DNA of 64,000 nucleotides from Escherichia coli O127:H6 str. E2348/69 (GTDB lineage Bacteria; Pseudomonadota; Gammaproteobacteria; Enterobacterales; Enterobacteriaceae): NCBI RefSeq assembly GCF_000026545.1, contig NC_011601.1; one strand, 5' to 3'. Shown piece by piece: positions 62,642 to 64,000 of this stretch (position 1 is its first letter; each line of letters starts with the position of its first letter). The notes under the pieces were generated by a model. It saw only the letters and a program-made list of their open reading frames with translations, ran no database searches and was not told where the DNA came from. The position numbers and the translations under genes were made by a program.

Positions 62642-64000
62642 ATGAGTACAATTTTCGATGTGGCAGTTATGGGTGGTGGGCCAGGTGGTTACGTAGCGGC
62701 ACTGCGGGCTGCGCAGAATGGGCTTTCCGTAGTATGTATTGATGATGGTGTAAATGCTCAGGGCGAACCTTCGCCGGGCGGTACGTGCCTCAATGTCGGC
62801 TGTATTCCGTCAAAATCGTTGCTGCAATCTTCCGAACTGTACGCGCAAGTGCAGCATGAGGCGAGCATTCATGGCGTTAATGTTGACGGCGTATCTTTCA
62901 ATGCAGCTGCGATGATTCAACGTAAAGACGCCATAGTAAGCCGCCTGACAATGGGCATCGGTTTGCTGTTTAAGAAAAATAAAGTGAAGCACCTGTGCGG
63001 CCTCGCAACGTTAGAACATGCTCAGGATGAGATTTGGCAATTACGTGTAAACGATCAACAAATCCGCGCCCGTAATGTGGTGATTGCAACAGGTTCTCAG
63101 CCGCGTCAACTGCCTGGCGTTACCATTGATAATCAGCAAATTCTCGATAATCGCGGCGCCCTGGCGTTAACCGCTGTGCCGCCGCGTCTCGGTGTGATCG
63201 GCGCTGGCGTGATTGGCCTTGAACTGGGGTCTGTGTGGAATCGGGTCGGTTCAGACGTCACGTTGCTGGAGATGGCGCCAACGTTCTTGCCTGCACTGGA
63301 AGCTCGCCTGTCGAACGAAGTCCGTAAAGCAATGATTGCCAGTGGGATGAAAATGCAACTGGCAGTAGAGATTGAGGCTATTGAACAACGGGATGACGGT
63401 GTGCATGTGCGCTGGCGGCAGGGTGAGAAGCGAGAAGAAAGCCGCTTCGATAAATTAATTCTTGCCATTGGACGTGTACCGCGACTTTCTGGTGTCGATC
63501 TCGTGCAACTCGGTCTTGAAGCCGATAACCGTGGCGGTATTGCCGTCGATAACTTATGCCGTACCGGGAAAGCCGGGCTGTGGGCAATTGGTGATGTCGT
63601 GCGAGGGCCGATGCTGGCGCATAAAGCGATGGCTGAAGGTGTGGTGGTTGCTGATCAAATTGCCGGACTGGCGGTAGAGCCGATTAATTTTGCGCTGATC
63701 CCTTCGGTGATTTACACCCAACCGGAAGTTGCGTGGGTAGGGGAAAACGAGGCCTCACTGAAAGCCGCTGGCAGAGTCTTTAACAAAGGAAATTCTCTGT
63801 TTGCCGGTAACGGTCGCGCCTTAGCATTAGGCCAGGAAGGTGGGCGTTGCACGTTATACAGCGATAAACACACTGACCGCGTACTTGGCGGAGCGATTGT
63901 TGGCCCGCAGGCATCGGAGCTGATCAATGAAATTGCGCTGGCGATGACTTTTAGCGCCTCTGGCGAGGATATTGTCTGTGCGATCCATGCGCATCCGACA
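62642..64000 (+). CDS. Dihydrolipoamide dehydrogenase E3-like component (3' end outside window)
   Basis: Starts MSTIFDVAVMGGGPGGYVAALRAAQ; redox-active disulfide GGTCLNVGCIPSK; frame still open at window end (...HAHPT). Confidence 0.85.
   Translation, partial: MSTIFDVAVMGGGPGGYVAALRAAQNGLSVVCIDDGVNAQGEPSPGGTCLNVGCIPSKSLLQSSELYAQVQHEASIHGVNVDGVSFNAAAMIQRKDAIVSRLTMGIGLLFKKNKVKHLCGLATLEHAQDEIWQLRVNDQQIRARNVVIATGSQPRQLPGVTIDNQQILDNRGALALTAVPPRLGVIGAGVIGLELGSVWNRVGSDVTLLEMAPTFLPALEARLSNEVRKAMIASGMKMQLAVEIEAIEQRDDGVHVRWRQGEKREESRFDKLILAIGRVPRLSGVDLVQLGLEADNRGGIAVDNLCRTGKAGLWAIGDVVRGPMLAHKAMAEGVVVADQIAGLAVEPINFALIPSVIYTQPEVAWVGENEASLKAAGRVFNKGNSLFAGNGRALALGQEGGRCTLYSDKHTDRVLGGAIVGPQASELINEIALAMTFSASGEDIVCAIHAHPT

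Overview
This window is an Escherichia coli-type chromosomal segment syntenic with the K-12 metA to tyrB region (about 90.8 to 92 min), but it is not K-12. Core genes read in order: metA (3' end), aceBAK, iclR, metH, yjbB, pepE, rluF, yjbD, lysC, pgi, yjbEFGH, yjbT, psiE, malGFE, malK-lamB-malM, ubiCA, plsB, dgkA, lexA-dinF, yjbJ, zur, dusA, pspG, qor, dnaB, alr, tyrB. Accessory content interrupts this backbone at several points: (1) a low-GC islet of about 0.8 kb between metH and yjbB with two uncharacterised ORFs; (2) an IS3-family element in the yjbB-pepE spacer whose orfB is itself split by an IS110-family element; (3) a complete L-sorbose PTS operon (sorCDFBAME) between pepE and rluF; (4) an IS50-like element with a 9-bp target duplication between lamB and malM; (5) a pnuC-like plus HTH-less nadR-like pair between alr and tyrB; (6) a paralogous 2-oxoacid dehydrogenase E1-E2-E3 cluster after tyrB, running off the window end. 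qor carries a 5-bp tandem duplication that frameshifts it. From memory of the K-12 map, arpA, xylE, yjbI and yjbLM are absent from their expected positions. No rRNA, tRNA, CRISPR array or prophage integrase was recognised. All calls rest on reading translations, motifs and repeats by eye; no database search was run.
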